Shown piece after piece: positions 40,111-54,960 of a stretch of DNA of 64,000 nt. The stretch's first letter is position 1; every line of letters begins with the position of its first letter. Where the stretch lies: the NCBI RefSeq assembly GCF_006345805.1, contig NC_043006.1, positions 63,054,001 to 63,118,000 on the forward strand, written 5' to 3'. This stretch comes from Octopus sinensis. Lineage: Eukaryota. Made by a program: the position numbers and the translations under genes. Under the pieces are notes generated by a model. It saw nothing but the letters and a program-made list of their open reading frames with translations. It did not search any database and was not told the DNA's origin.

Positions 40111-40319
40111 AGTCTATCTTTTGGGGCATTCCCTTGTTTTCGTTACTGCGTTGCAGATATTAGTAACCACGTTTACCATACCTTCTCCTCTTGCCTGGAT
40201 TAACTCTACAGGTATACTGACCACTTCTGTAATTTTCCATCCTTATATTTATGTGAATTTGTGTATATACATATGCGTGTATATAAATATACACGCATAT
40301 GTAATTACACACCTTAAAA

Positions 40320-41269
40320 ATACCGTGTCGAGTCGTGGAAAACGAGTCTGGACCGGTGCATTGCTTCAAATGGAGAATAATTTGAAGGCGATGAAAGTGT
40401 AAACATATAAAAATAAATGAATAAACTGGAAACGTTCTCTGAAACAAGCCCGTTGTAGTTTGGGCTTCCGCTGCTAGAAGACTTTTTATGCGGCCCTTAA
40501 ACACCAGTCTGCCTACCGGCGTCTTTGTGTTTGGTTGCACTGCCAAGTGGTGTGCTTTTGTTTTGCGGTGCTTCTCCCCTGTTCGTCAATTTTTGCGATG
40601 GCTTGAAACGAAGGAACAGCGTGCTTCCGTGAAATTCTGTTTTCTACAGAGGAAAACGGGAGCCGAAATAGTTCTCATGCTTCGAACAGCTTAGAAGGAC
40701 GCTGACATGGGCAAAACACACGTTTCTGGGTCGTTTCTACGCTTTAGGAATGGTCGATTGTCGATTGAAGACCAACCTCGTTTCGGGCGATAGTCGACCT
40801 ACCGAAAGAATGAAAACATCGTGAAACTTCATGACCTAATCTTGAATTTCTTAACATGACTGGTATGTCCTCGAGCCCCTGCCGCGAATTTTGAGCGTGA
40901 AATTGCGAATGAAGAGTTGCAACAAAATGTGTGCCTCACTGAATGCGTATCGTGAACTGAAAGAACAGTTGAAAGTTGATCCGGACCCTTTATAGAAGGT
41001 CATCATTGATGACAAAAGCTGGTGCTACGTAATTTACAGATGTGGAAGATCATTCGTTGCAAAACCAAGGAGCTCCATCTGATCGCAACTATGTGAGACG
41101 TAGCCCTTTGAGAAGAACATACACACCAATGATATCTCCATTTGAAGCAACACATGGACAGATGCATTGCTTCAGAGGGAGAAAACTTTGAAGGCGATGA
41201 ACGTGTAAGCATGTAAAAGTGAATAAAATAATATTGCAAAATTCCGTTGCTTTTGTGTACCCACTCGTA
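40320..41269 (+). mobile_element. Mariner (Tc1/mariner) transposon remnant, internally deleted
   Basis: EQRASVKFCFLQRKTGAEIVLMLRTA*KDADMGKT...RFRNGRLSIEDQPRFGR (HTH region), followed by CIASEGENFEGD and a terminal ...CCCACTCGTA. Confidence 0.85.
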
Positions 41270-41300
41270 TACATATATATATATATATATGTACCCATGC

Positions 41301-41370
<70 letters not shown>

Positions 41371-41625
41371 TAATATAATATATATATATATATATATAAT
41401 ATAATATATATATATATATATATATAATATATAATATATATATATAATATAAATATTTAATATATATATATATATATATAATATATAATATATAATATAA
41501 TATATATATATATAATAATATATAATATATAATATATAATATATATATAATATATAATATATAATATATAATATATAATATATAATATATGTGTGTGTGC
41601 GTGTGTATGTGTGTGTGTGTGTGTG

Positions 41626-41822
41626 TAGGGAGTTTTGACGAAAAAAACCAAAGACGAAAAACCAAAAAACCAAAGATGGTGTACAAAACAAAAAGATGTA
41701 TTAGTATAACGCTCAGGAATAGAAAAAGTCTTTTACGTTTCGAGCCTACGCTCTTCTACAGAAAGGGACACAGAAAAAATAGGGAGAGAAACAAGGATAG
41801 AAAAAGATTGCGTAGTGGCTAA
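41626..41822 (-). mobile_element. ~200-bp PLE pseudo-LTR-like repeat with a variant hammerhead at 41728-41769
   Basis: Inverted copy of 43368-43555. Minus strand: GUC-CC-UUU, CUGUAGA-A, GAGC GUAG GCUC, GAA, ACGU, A, AAAGAC. Confidence 0.65.
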
Positions 41823-42084
41823 TGCATGTATGTATTTATATATAAATGTGTATAAATACATACATGCATGCATACATACATACGTACGTACAAGCGTACG
41901 TACGTACGTTAACACTCTACATGTTAGATTGGATACATATCCTCATAACATAATCCACAATCTGCTCCACATTACTCTCTTAGTTGTCCTGTTCACGTTA
42001 TTTATGAACAGCCCTGCTACGCATGAAACAAGGCGTAGACTTACATCCAATATGTTTAAGTATCTCCCTCTCTCTCTATATATA

Positions 42085-42284
42085 TATATCAAGGACTATC
42101 TCATCGAAGCGGATGTATGTGCGTTCAGCTTTTGTCGAACGACCTGCCCATATGATTTGTTTAGAGTGATCAAATGTTCGTGCCACGCCTTAGCTCACTC
42201 TCTCCACCGAATTGAGACAGTCCGAACAGGGAAATGTCTACCACGTGATTTGAAATCACGATCACCAGATCGTGAGTGGAACAC

Positions 42285-42285
<1 letters not shown>
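42085..42285 (-). mobile_element. SINE family C fragment
   Basis: TTCAGCTTTTGTCGAACGACCTGCCCATATGATTTGTTTAGAGTGATCAAATGTTCGTG matches 58388-58445. Confidence 0.75.
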
Positions 42286-42331
<46 letters not shown>

Positions 42332-42737
42332 TCCCGAACAATACGCTCGTTATATTGATGACTATCGGTGCGACCTCACTCTCCCGCGAACATCTAGACT
42401 CCTTCCTCTCTTTTATCAAACCTTTTCATCCTGCCCTGCACTATCTCTGATACCTTTGTCTCCTTTCTTGACATTTCGGTCAGCATTCATCACTCCACTC
42501 TCACCAGCTCCATCCACTACAAACACACAGACTCACACTCATACATCAACTTCTCTTCCTCCCATCCTAAACACACCAAGCTTTCCGTCCCATATTCCCA
42601 ATTGCTCCGTCTACGTAGGCTTTGCGGTGACGACCATGACTTTGAGACTCAGTCTAAACTCATTGCTCGCCACTTCACCCTACGTGGATATGCCGTCACC
42701 ACTATCCACACCACCCATGCCAGAGCACGTTCCGTAG
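42332..42737 (+). pseudogene. Penelope-like element RT/C-terminal fragment
   Basis: Across frameshifts: YARYIDD, GATSLSREHLDSFLSFIKPFHPALHY, SFLDISVS...IHYKHTDSHSYINFSSSHPKHTKLSVPYSQLLRLRRLCGDDHDFETQSKLIARHFTLRGY. These are typical PLE RT motifs. Confidence 0.9.
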
Positions 42738-43238
42738 ACTGTATGTATGTATGTATGTATGTATGTATGTATGTATGTATGTATGCATGCATGTATTTGT
42801 ATGTTTGTTTGTCCCCAGCATCGCTTTACGACCGATAAATGTGTTTCTCTTTCTATAAAATACCTATGACGTTAAATCTATTAACGGTTTTAAAAAAATA
42901 ATAACTTACCAGCGTTCCTTTTATCATGCAGTAATCACTTTCGGTTAAAATGGCTAGTGTTTTGTTTCTCTTTTTTTCCCCGATGTAAAAATTGCGTTGC
43001 TTTACATCATTTTATTCACTCTGGAATAATGCCAATGTTTTCTTCGAAATATATGTCGGAAGAATAAAGATTTTGATAACAACTCCGTTTAACTCCATTT
43101 CTGTATTTATCTATGTTAATTGAAAGCATTTCACTAAACACGGGAATTTCTACCTTCATTGGTAGGATGTTACATACTTGATACCTTTTTTTTTGCTAAC
43201 CTGGTAACTATTTTTCCGTATTATTTGTACACATACAT

Positions 43239-43350
<112 letters not shown>

Positions 43351-43367
43351 TCGCTATGATAGATCGT

Positions 43368-43553
43368 TAACCACTACACACATTTTTTCTCTCCTTGTTT
43401 CTTTCCTTGTTTTTTCTGGGTCCCTTTTTGTGGAAGAGCGTAGGCTCGAAGCTGTAAAAGACTTTTTCTATTCCTGGGCGTTATACTAATACATCTGTTT
43501 GTTTTGTACACCACCTGTCTTTGTCTTTTGTTTTTTTTTTCGTAAACTCTCCC

Positions 43554-43555
<2 letters not shown>
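43368..43555 (+). mobile_element. Second pseudo-LTR-like repeat copy; hammerhead degenerate (GAAGCTGTA instead of GAAACGTA)
   Basis: Reverse complement of 41626-41822, including GTATTAGTATAACGC, GAATAGAAAAAGTCTTTTAC and CGAGCCTACGCTCTTC. Confidence 0.7.
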
Positions 43556-43600
<45 letters not shown>

Positions 43601-44231
43601 CATACATACATGTATGTATATATATATACATACATGTATGTATGCATTTATTTGTATGTCTGTGTTTGTCTCCAGCATCGCTTGACGACCGATATTGATT
43701 TGTTTATGTGTCACACATTGGGACTGAAAGCGAAGCTATGTATATGTATGTATGTGGGTATGTATGTATAAAAACACAAGATTATAAAATTTTTCGGTAT
43801 TATTTTTTCACCATTACATATATTTTATTTGCTAATTGGAGACATCGTACATGTTTTTCCGACATATAAAACTTTGTAGCTCCTCTTAGCAAATGTAACA
43901 TATGTAAAAGTGAATAAATAATATTGAAACTTGTTCCAATTTCCTGTTGGTAAAATATATTTCTTAGAACTTCCATCTCTTACGTATATCTCACACAAAT
44001 GTAATATCAACATTAGGATTTGGAACATTGGAATAAGCAGATGGACTATGTATGTATATATAAGAGTGAGTGGACGAACGTATATTATCTATACGTAGAC
44101 AGACAGTAGATTATGTATAAATAATATACGTTCATTTATGTATGAAGGTATCTAAATATAGCTACGTATACGCGCGCACATGCACGCACAGACACACGCA
44201 GCAATATGCATCCTCATACACACGCGCACAT

Positions 44232-44283
<52 letters not shown>

Positions 44284-45100
44284 CTATGAGTGTGAATCTA
44301 TGTACTACGGTTGTGTTTGCGTTAGAATATATTTAAACACGTCTGCCAGGTTCTACGTATGTGTGTATGTTTGTTCGCATGTGTTTAGGTATCTGCTGAT
44401 AAATAGGGAAAAGGAGAGTTATCTTGCTAGAGAGAGATATATAGCTTTGACTCGCATAATTGATTATGATAAAAATACACCAGAAATTTTGAGCATAATT
44501 TCAGGCGATTGAGAGGCCACCTTGGGAATGATAGAGATTATTTGGTGAAATATTTAATAAATAGTATCGTTAGGAACTTGATAATTTAAGTTGAGCTACT
44601 GTATTTATTGGCAAACGTTCATTCTCAGATTGATCACGATAGTAGTAAGTTTTAATGAATAATGATTAATTTCTTGGCAAAGAAAAACACAAAAATCTGT
44701 CTTGTATGTGAAATAAGAAATAGATCTTAGTGAACTTTTTGGACCTGACACTAGATCTAAAAACTGGTAAATACTATTCCTACAGGAAAGAAGACGAGAT
44801 CGATTTCACGCAAATATATTACCAGAATTTTTTCATCGTCATATGGACAGATGGAAGTTGAAATAGGAAAGTCAATGCTTTACTGCGTAATACCCAATTC
44901 AACGCAAACAAGTTCTCTATTCAGGACCTAACGTTGCAAGGTCTTACAGACAATTCTTCAGCTCCATTATACTCGCCTGACTTACGTAAAAAGAAAATGA
45001 AACACTGGAACGAAATTCAGTACGATCATGAATAGAATTCTTAATTGTATTATGTATCGCTATAACCCAAAGCACTACAGTTTCTATTTTACTCTCTGTC

Positions 45101-45141
<41 letters not shown>

Positions 45142-45264
45142 CTATCTATCTATCTATCTATCTATCTGTCTATCTATCTATCTATCTATATATATATATA
45201 TATATATATATCCATATATCCACCTATCTATCTAGCTATCTATTTATATACCATTCTTATTTTA

Positions 45265-45472
45265 CAAAAGGCGACAGAAACGTTAGCAAGTCGGGCGAAA
45301 TGATTAGCGGTTTTTCGTCTGTCTTAACGTTCTGAGTTCAAATTCCGCCGAGGTCGACTTTGCCTTTCATCCTTTTGGGGTCGATAAATTAAGTCCCAGT
45401 TGCATACTGGTGTCGGTCTAATTGACTGGACTCCACCACAAACATTTCGGGCCTTGCGCCCAGTGTAGAAAA
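45265..45472 (+). mobile_element. SINE family A
   Basis: CAGAAACGTTAGCAAGTCGGGCGAAATG...GAGTTCAAATTCCGCCGAGGTCGACTTTGCC. Confidence 0.8.
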
Positions 45473-45689
45473 GATACTTATTTTACAACCGTCAACAGTT
45501 TTGGACCTTCATTCCAAACTCTGAAGTTCATGATTTTTCTTTGATATGGTTCAGCAGTGAATTCCCGTTGCATCGTACCGGTTTATTTACAATTTATTCT
45601 GCTAGTTTCCCGAGCTTATTGTTGAGGCACAGGCTCTACATATAGAAGAGCTGATTCTCGTGACATCAAGACATGTCCACACACCTGTG

Positions 45690-46022
45690 GGCGTGTGACC
45701 CATGTCTAGAAGTCAGTCTTCCTTCATAGCTACAGGACTGTTCTCTGCTATTTTTATCACCTATTTTTTCACCCAACTGAAAAAGGTTCTTAAAGGGAAA
45801 CGTTTTGCAGATGTCGAAGGGGTGAACAAAAAAATGTGAAAGAGGCGTTAACAGGCATCTCTTCGCAAGAAGTCCAGAACTGCTTCGAACAGTGGAACAC
45901 GCTCCTGGACCAATACATTGCTTCAGATAAAGTATACTTTGAAGGCGATAAAATTGTAAATATGTAAAACTAAGCGAATAAAATAATATTGCAAAATTCC
46001 GGTTTCTTTGAGTAGTCCATCT
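45690..46022 (+). mobile_element. Mariner transposase 3' remnant with terminal region
   Basis: FTQLKKVLKGKRFADVEG...EALTGISSQEVQNCFEQWNT...IASDKVYFEGD; the 3' UTR is similar to 41200-41269. Confidence 0.85.
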
Positions 46023-49000
46023 TATGTTATCTCTGTCCATGTATATTTGTTGCAATATAAGGCAAATCGTATACTAAGCAATTGTGAAACGGTTTACATA
46101 TGCACATAAGTATGTGCGTGTGTGTGTATGTGTTTGTTTAATTCAAATAACTACACTCACATATTTATGTGTTTTAATAGGTTAAGCTGGCAGTGAGAGT
46201 AGAATTGATACAGTGTCAAACAATGTACCTTAATGTATTTATTTCTGCTCTTTACATTCTAAGTCCAATGTCAACTTTGCTTTTACCTGGAGTCGATTGG
46301 ATAACCTATGACTGTCCACATTTTCTCATAAATTCTATATCATAAAGTATTTGAATCAATATCTGTTATAAATTTATATGAAGGTAAAGCTACACTAGCA
46401 TATGAGGATTTGTGTGAACTGTATAATAGAAAACTTTCCATTTGCTATCAATATTTAAATAAGGCGGTGCTCCAGCATGGCCGCAGTCAAATGAATGAGA
46501 CGAGTAAAATAATAAAAGTATAAAAGAAAAATGAATGTATCGTGCTTTTCTCTTCGTACTTAGCTATTCATTTTAGCCGTCTTCCTGGCCAGACAAATAA
46601 TGAGTGGCAAGCGAACCATGAGACATGTCTTGACAATCTTTATTTTTCTTCATGTGTTAAAAGAAACAACAATTTTATTCACGTCTGATCTGTTCGTAAA
46701 TCTATATACATGTCTGTGTGTATGAATGTGTGCGTGCATACGTATGTGTGTGTGTGTGTGTGTGTGTGTGTTACATCATTGTGAGTACTTGTGTTTGAAA
46801 CAGCCAGGTGTTATCTACCTCGTACGTGATATTATTCTTTATTCAATACATAATCGACGATTAGACACATTAAACTAGCCATATACAATTTTTTATTGCA
46901 GTAACACAATGCAGAATACGTGTAATATGATTATAAAAATAATATATAGCAACACAGTTATATATAAACTAATATACACCTTCACACCTTCATATCTAAC
47001 AAGGAGGTACTAATGTATAAACAGACATATACATTAAACATTTATATACAAGCAGATATTAAATATTTACTTATTAATTTTAGTCGCCAAATTTAAGCAA
47101 ATGTTCTCATAAATTTCCCGTTTTATTTCCCTCATGTTTTCCGATATATTTCAATTTTATATTATCTTCATTAATTAACACCGAAAATGATGAGAAAATT
47201 TTTCTTCGTAGAATTACGAAACTGGATCATAATTTTAAAGTATGTGTTAGTTTTAAAACGCAAAAATGAAAGAATCAAGGAGATAGAAATGTCTAATTTT
47301 TGTTATACACTTATTTCTTTAACTTCACTAAGTAACAAGATAGTTGCTAATTTCACTGTACTCGTAACATACACTTTATTTAACAAGGCTTTCTATTGAA
47401 AGGAAGTGTAAAATGTTAAATCATTTGCTTACACCTTTCACAGGAAATTGCAAAATTTCCGAGTCCAATCTACATTTACATTATTCGGTTAAAATTGATG
47501 AATTTACAGAATGATATTAGTCTTCTAATGCTTTTGTAAAGTTATCAAACTTTTTCAAATATAAAGTGTACTTAGAAAAAAGTGACAAAGACACGAGGAT
47601 AAAAATGTGACTCCGGTATGATCATAATATTCTGAAAAATATTAATGACATGAATATAGTACAATTGTTAAAAAAATGAACAGCAAGTCAAATCACGATT
47701 GCTGAATATTTTATTTGTTAATTTCCTTAGATTCGAAGAGATAAGCCGTGGGCAAGATAGCTTAACGGAGACAAATCTTCATGCACGTGCAGCAAGAGTA
47801 GCGTCGCCTCCCACGCAAAGGGTTTTCCGACGTGTCATTAGTTTTGGCGGGAAAAAATAAAGTCGGGTACATATTGAACGCACCTCGCATCTCCTGTTCT
47901 TGTTTTTGTTATTGTTATTTAAAGCTAGATTCACCCTGACCGAACTCTGACAAAATTCTTTCAAATCTTGGCAACCAGCTCATTTTAGGAATATTTTATC
48001 CAATATATATTTCATTATTTAAGTCAATAGGATGAGATATGAAGAAAATTCAGCTTCTATTTCTAGCAAGTCAAGCGACGACGTTGACGCTCTATCGTTA
48101 ACTCAGTTCTGTAGGGAGGGGTGTATGTGTGTGTTTGTCCATTTTTCTGGAATGGAAGCATAAATCTTACACTGAGTTTGAAGATACAAAGTGGGAAGAT
48201 TTATACAAAGTGGGGAGGTTTATATTTTCAGAAAATACAGCCGAACGCAACACTATTAATGAATGAATTTCTTCTCAATAATACAGTAATACTGCTGATT
48301 ACGGCAACGAAGTTTACCACTTGTCCAAGAAGAAGTCGACTATTGGAATGTAAGTGTCTTTTCCAGAGATAGAAGATCAAGTTCGACAGAGAATCCGAAG
48401 CATTAATTTATCGCTCGACTTATCCACCTCTCTAATGTGAACCCCTGAAAAACTGCATTTCAAAAGCTAGGAAGAAAATTTTAGACGTTCTCATATTTCG
48501 AGTTTGCACCTATGTTGCACCTTGCAACGGTCCTCAAGCAAATATTAACGTCACGGCAGGTGTATCAAACCTTAGATTATCATGTGGGTAAGGATACCTT
48601 TCAACGCTTAGTACGGTGAACAGTTAGTACCGTTGCTATCACTGCATTATCTTGGTTAACAGATACTGCAACTATCAATTAATTCCTTGATAACTTATAC
48701 GCTTACTACTGACATGACAGCACCCAAGAACCAAACTATCATCAACGGACGTTGACATCTTTTGCAAGATTTGCTTCTAATACGTCTCTATGAGGTCTTA
48801 GTCTACAGTAGAAGGAATTCATTTACAGCTGTGTGGACTAGATAAAGGAAAAATGAAGCGCATCGTCAAAGAATTCTTCATCCGATTCGAGAAGTGAACC
48901 TAAGTCATTATACCTTAACCATTACGCGCAGACAGGAAATTAAGCATAACACCAAAGCATGGAATAGTTTCTCGGCGGAGTTCCATACCGTCAATCAATT

Positions 49001-50759
49001 TTCATTGGGGAAACTCTAGTCAACTTAGGGCAACGCAAAGTTATATTATAAAGAGTGGTATCGAACGGGAAACCTCGTAGTCACGAAATGAGCTTCCCTA
49101 CTTATATGGTGAGGATTGTCAAAATTAGACTTGTTTAATTCATTAATATTCCTGCTCAAAATCAGTTCAATTCAGTATCAAACTTTGTTGATTTGTGATT
49201 AAATGTATTTCAGCCATTACTACTTCGCTCGTATTTAGTAATACATAATCCAATGTGTCCATCTAATTTTGGCAAGTTAGAGTGTTATTTCAAGTAAATT
49301 TGACTCTTATTTCAGAGAAATCGAGTTACCATGTTCATGTTTCTTTCTTTGGGGTGGAGTTCTTTTGTCTTCTTTTTTGATTTGCTGATAATTAAATGAA
49401 GACAATAATCCATGAGTTCGACTGAATTCCCTTTTAAATATTTAGCTAGTAATTTATTGAAGAAAGGTGTCACCATGAAGAAATCTCAATCACATTGCTG
49501 ATATTATAATTTCTTAATCGTAAATAAGAAATTATGCTTGGGTTCTTATTAGTTTTACGTTTATTATATACTTTTTTCTGTTATATTCCCTTATATATTA
49601 TAAAATAAGCTATTCAACGATTAAAACATTGCTTTAAAAAATAGTTCTCTTATTTAGCTTTTCAAAATAAAAATATACTAATATACCATCATCTCCTAAA
49701 AGTTGAGACCTTATATACATAGCTCAGTGTTTTGAACGGAGAAAAGATAAGAACTCTAATTAAGAGATAAGTGATATAAAGTTATCACGCAACGTTATAC
49801 AAAACAAATTTCAGACCAATTTCTCGATTAAGAAATTATCTTACGTCTGTCTGGCTCAAACTTTTAATTATAACAGTTCTTTAGAGAGATAAATATCATA
49901 AAACTAGCTCCAAAGCAATACATTAGTTATTTGCGCAATGGTACTGTACTGAGCTTTCTTTACATCAAAACTGAGTGTTAAGTAGATACAGTTTTAGAGA
50001 AAATGGTTATGTCACAGAATTGTATTTAATTGTAATAGTTAGTATACATAGTTGTAGTAACTAAGTCAGAAGAGCTGTAATCTTGACTCTGTGTAGCATC
50101 AGTCTCATTCTCTCAATACTTCGAGTTTCCCGTTCTCAACTGCTTAGATTGCAGGATGAAACATCTTTTTGTTGAAAAGCCCTATAATTTTAAATCTATT
50201 TCAGTCGTAACTATCCCACTCCTGTTCTCACGTATTACGTTACTAGGGCTACATGATCTCTTATCCAAGACGGTTGTCTGCTTATGGAACCTTAAAGCAT
50301 AACTTCAAGGAGATTTGGATAAAATTTCAAACGAATTACCACGGTGACTCTTTGATTATTTGATAAAAGCCAGGAATCTATGGATGTGATGGAATACCCT
50401 CTCAAAAACTTGTATTTGAAATAGCAGAAAACTATTAACACAAAACAATTGTCTTCGTTTTTATGACTGTTTCTTTCTAAAGTATATATTTTCTAAAGTA
50501 GAGATAAATATACATGATTATAGAAAAGGTGAAACGATACGCCTCAACATCCATAAGCATTTCACTCTATTAGTAAGAGAACTGGAATAAAATGAATTCC
50601 TTCATTCACCAAACCACCCCATTTACTTCAGTCAACTCCTACCTTTGTTTCTTTTCCTCCAATACTATAAGAGTTTCTGATTCGTTGAACGAAGAAAATA
50701 TGTAATACACTTAGACAATAATGACATGCCACTTTCCTCTCCACATCATCCGTTTAGAG

Positions 50760-51330
50760 TCTCGCCCAACCAACCCTGTACTAACCTCTTTGGATCGATG
50801 ACAGTACAGAACGATATAATACAGTATTAGGTGGAGTTACATGAAACCGATCCGTCTTCCTACATCCTATGATATTATTGGACGGTATGGACCTACCTCC
50901 CTAGGTGCTGAGTTGCATGCCCACTGATATTTTCTATCACTGCCTCATATTTCATTGGAGCAGTGATGACACTATGACGTTAAACTTATCCGCGTATGCT
51001 GACACGGTCCCCATGTCTTATATGCGCTCATGCCCATACAGTACAGGCGAGAGGGACCAAAGTTGATGGACCGAGCGCATAATAATGAATGTTTTCGATA
51101 CGTGACCATTCAACCGAACGATCGAGCAGCTGTTGCTGTAAAGCACGGCAATACAACTACGGAAGATGGGACCGAAACTACCGATAAGTGTAACCGCCAA
51201 ATATAGATGGTTGACCCTATCAAAAGTTTTCGACTGATCTGAATTAATCAGAGCCCCCAACTTTGTATTGCCAGGTTCTACTCCGCTTTGAGATTTGTAT
51301 CGCATGAGATGGACGTTGTCGGGGATATAT
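50760..51330 (-). pseudogene. L1/Tx1-clade LINE reverse transcriptase fragment
   Basis: ORF 51018..51305: GALINSDQSKTFDRVNHLYL...FGPIF...LYSNSCSIVRLNGHVS...RSVHQLWSLSPVLY, then SAYADK downstream. This matches Tx1 motifs LDQxKAFDRV, GFG, V.VNG..S, QG.PLSP.LY and YADD. Confidence 0.8.
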
Positions 51331-51400
51331 TTACCTGGAATGGCTCGTGCCAGCCTCTTTTGTTAATACCTTAACCAACGTTTTGAAATTTGCATTTAAC

Positions 51401-51570
51401 AAGCGCAGGTGTGGCTGTGTGATAAGAACTTTACTTCTAAATCACATGGTTCCAGGCTCAGTTTCCCTGCGTGGCACCTTGAGCAAGTACCTTCTGCTAT
51501 AGTCTCGGGCCGACCAAAGGTTTGTGGGCGTGTGGATTTGGTAGACGGAAGCTGAAAGAAGCTCATCTAA
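51401..51570 (+). mobile_element. SINE family B, 5' head fragment
   Basis: GCGCAGGTGTGGCTGTGTGATAAG...CACATGGTTCCAGGCTCAG...CCTTGAGCAAGTACCTTCTGCTATAG...GGATTTGGTAGACGGAAGCTGAAAGAAGC. Confidence 0.8.
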
Positions 51571-51611
51571 TATATATGTATATTTATATATAAATGTGTG
51601 TGTGTGTGTAA

Positions 51612-51656
<45 letters not shown>

Positions 51657-52499
51657 ACTATTCAGTTTTATTTCAAGATTTCCTGCCAATAGAGAAAGAG
51701 ACGATTTCTAACCTAGATCCAAGGCTCCGTCATTGAAATTTCAACAACATCAACAGGGCATTTTCGTGTGTCTGTATTTATGTATACATGCAGATTCGTA
51801 TGTTTTGGATTATGTATGTATTCTCATGCACATACTTGAATATTATTCATAAAATACAATTAAATAAAACTAAGAGGTCAGAAGACATTTTCTGTCTTGA
51901 AAATGAAATCCAGGATGACCTGAGTTTCACGTTTGTAAAATAGGAACACAACACTACAGCCTGACGAGACATTCGACAATTATGCAGCATAACCAAAGTT
52001 ATAGGTCTTCCAGCATTTTCGACAGAAAATATTGGATCAGCTGAACTACATATTCGTTAAGTTAGCCTATAACTGGATGAGTATCACGCAGACATATATA
52101 ATTTGACACAATCTTGAGATCGAAACAAAGCGACACAGTATATTATTAGTGCTGTATCTAGGATTGCAGAAATAGCCGAGCTGGACGGTATCTTCACAGT
52201 TTCCCTTGCAAGGTTTGAGTTGACCAGAGGCAGTGGTAAAAGGCATTCATACATTTGTCCTTCGAGGGAATCGAATTCAGAATTTGTGATTGCGAAGCAA
52301 ACTACTTAAGCACTCGGTTCACTTCTATAGTGTCACGAAGACTGATACTTTGAGGGTTAATATACTTGAAATTATGTTTATTCCATATACGTTTACCAGA
52401 CGCAATATGTCGTGTTGGCAGCACAACATTAACTGCTAAGTTAAAAAGCGAATATCTCTGCAAACTTTCCATGATGTACTAGATAATATATATGATAAT

Positions 52500-53385
<886 letters not shown>

Positions 53386-54689
53386 GAAGACCTAATAGAA
53401 GAGGTAACAATGAAGTGAAGTAAAAGAATTAGCAGAAGAAGTAGAATCTGAAGGCAAAAAACAGGTAGGAACCAGTAAATAAGAACTTAAGAAAATACAA
53501 AAAGTAGAGATAAAGAAAGCAAAGATGATGGAGAAGAAAGAGGAAGTAAAAAGAAGAGTAGTAGATATTTAAGAAGCAGACACAAAGAAAGGGGAAAGAG
53601 AAGCATTAGGAGACGAAACCTATAATATTTTGTTAAGGAAGGAATGCATTACGTTGACATTCGGAAAACAGTTATTGAAACTATAAAAAAATTTTTTTCC
53701 CTCATGTGTTTTTCCTTTTTTCTTTTTTTTCTTTTTTACTTTTATGTGCATCTTCATCTTCCCTTTACGATTACTATTATTCCCAATTACCATTATTTAA
53801 ATACCGAGAACCGGTATTCATGTGTAAATAATCCTTCTGCAAAAAAAAAAACGTTTCTTGACTTCAGAATAGGAGACTGCATTAAATATCTTCGAACAAA
53901 GTATAAATAGCATGGTATTGTGCAAAACTACGAGTGCACGCACACGCACGTGCTCACAACACATACACACACAAACACACACATATACCTTCACATAGAC
54001 ACACTCATACAAATATGCACATATGTATGTGTAAACATACATACATACATATACATATATATATATACCCACAACAATAACAATAACGACAACCAATTAC
54101 CTCCCTTTATTTACTTGTGAAGTCATTCACTCGTGAATTTCATCACACACAACATGGACCAAATTTCTTCTTAAGAAAAAATATATATTCAAATAAGTAA
54201 AACATAATATCATGAATAGCGATAGCGAAACCGGTTGATATATTAAAAATTATATTAAAATTATGTAAGTGTGCGTACGACTCGTGTACATACATCGATA
54301 GAGAAAAAGATGCAAACATAAACGTATATAGTTATTAAAAACAATTCTAATGGGTATTTAGTTGCACCTGTAAGACCTTGACTTCATTATAATTTGGTAA
54401 TGCATTCTAAAAATCCTTCTAAATGAATTATTAATAATTTTAACAAATTCGTAATTCAATTTATACTTCTTTATGTAACATACCAGAACGATCTACCGAT
54501 AACATTTTTCTCTGACCTCCTGGATTACGGTCTATCTCACATTTCACAAAGGAAGGGTTTCTTGAAGTATGAATAGACGCCTTAAACAACTTATGTAGGC
54601 CGATACAATATCTTGTCTTTTCCTTTACGAGAGTCAGCTGAAAACCTGAGTGGCTGACCAAGATAAGTTCGTGGAATGTAACCAGATGA

Positions 54690-54960
54690 GGTTTACTATT
54701 CAACATATGTCTTCCATCGGTCTTCCATTGGTGAAGAGGCTTTCAACGTGTAGGTCAAACAAGTTAACAGCAGATATAACGTCATCACTACTGCGATACT
54801 GGTTCCCGACCTAGTTTTTTCATGTTAGGTATCTGATGATAATCAGTTGGGGCCAAATAAGGAGGGCTATCAACCAGTTCAAAACTTCTATATATGATGA
54901 CGTCGCCAATCTCAGAAACTAATGATGCTGACTTGTGCACCATTTTTGAGGTGTTGCGTC
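54690..54960 (-). mobile_element. Mariner transposase C-terminal remnant
   Basis: ORF 54788..55090 ends FELVDSPPYLAPTDYHQIPNMKK, a decayed HPPYSPDLAPSDYHLFPNMKK, followed by DVISAV. Confidence 0.75.

Noticed and set aside
44790-45000. Exon-like segment after a TCCTACAG acceptor
   Set aside because: All frames are closed; PLYSPDL suggests a very decayed mariner instead, too weak to list as a feature.
48031-48349. Two candidate coding exons
   Set aside because: Joining at either plausible donor gives an early stop; retained only as a weak non-coding/promoter lead.
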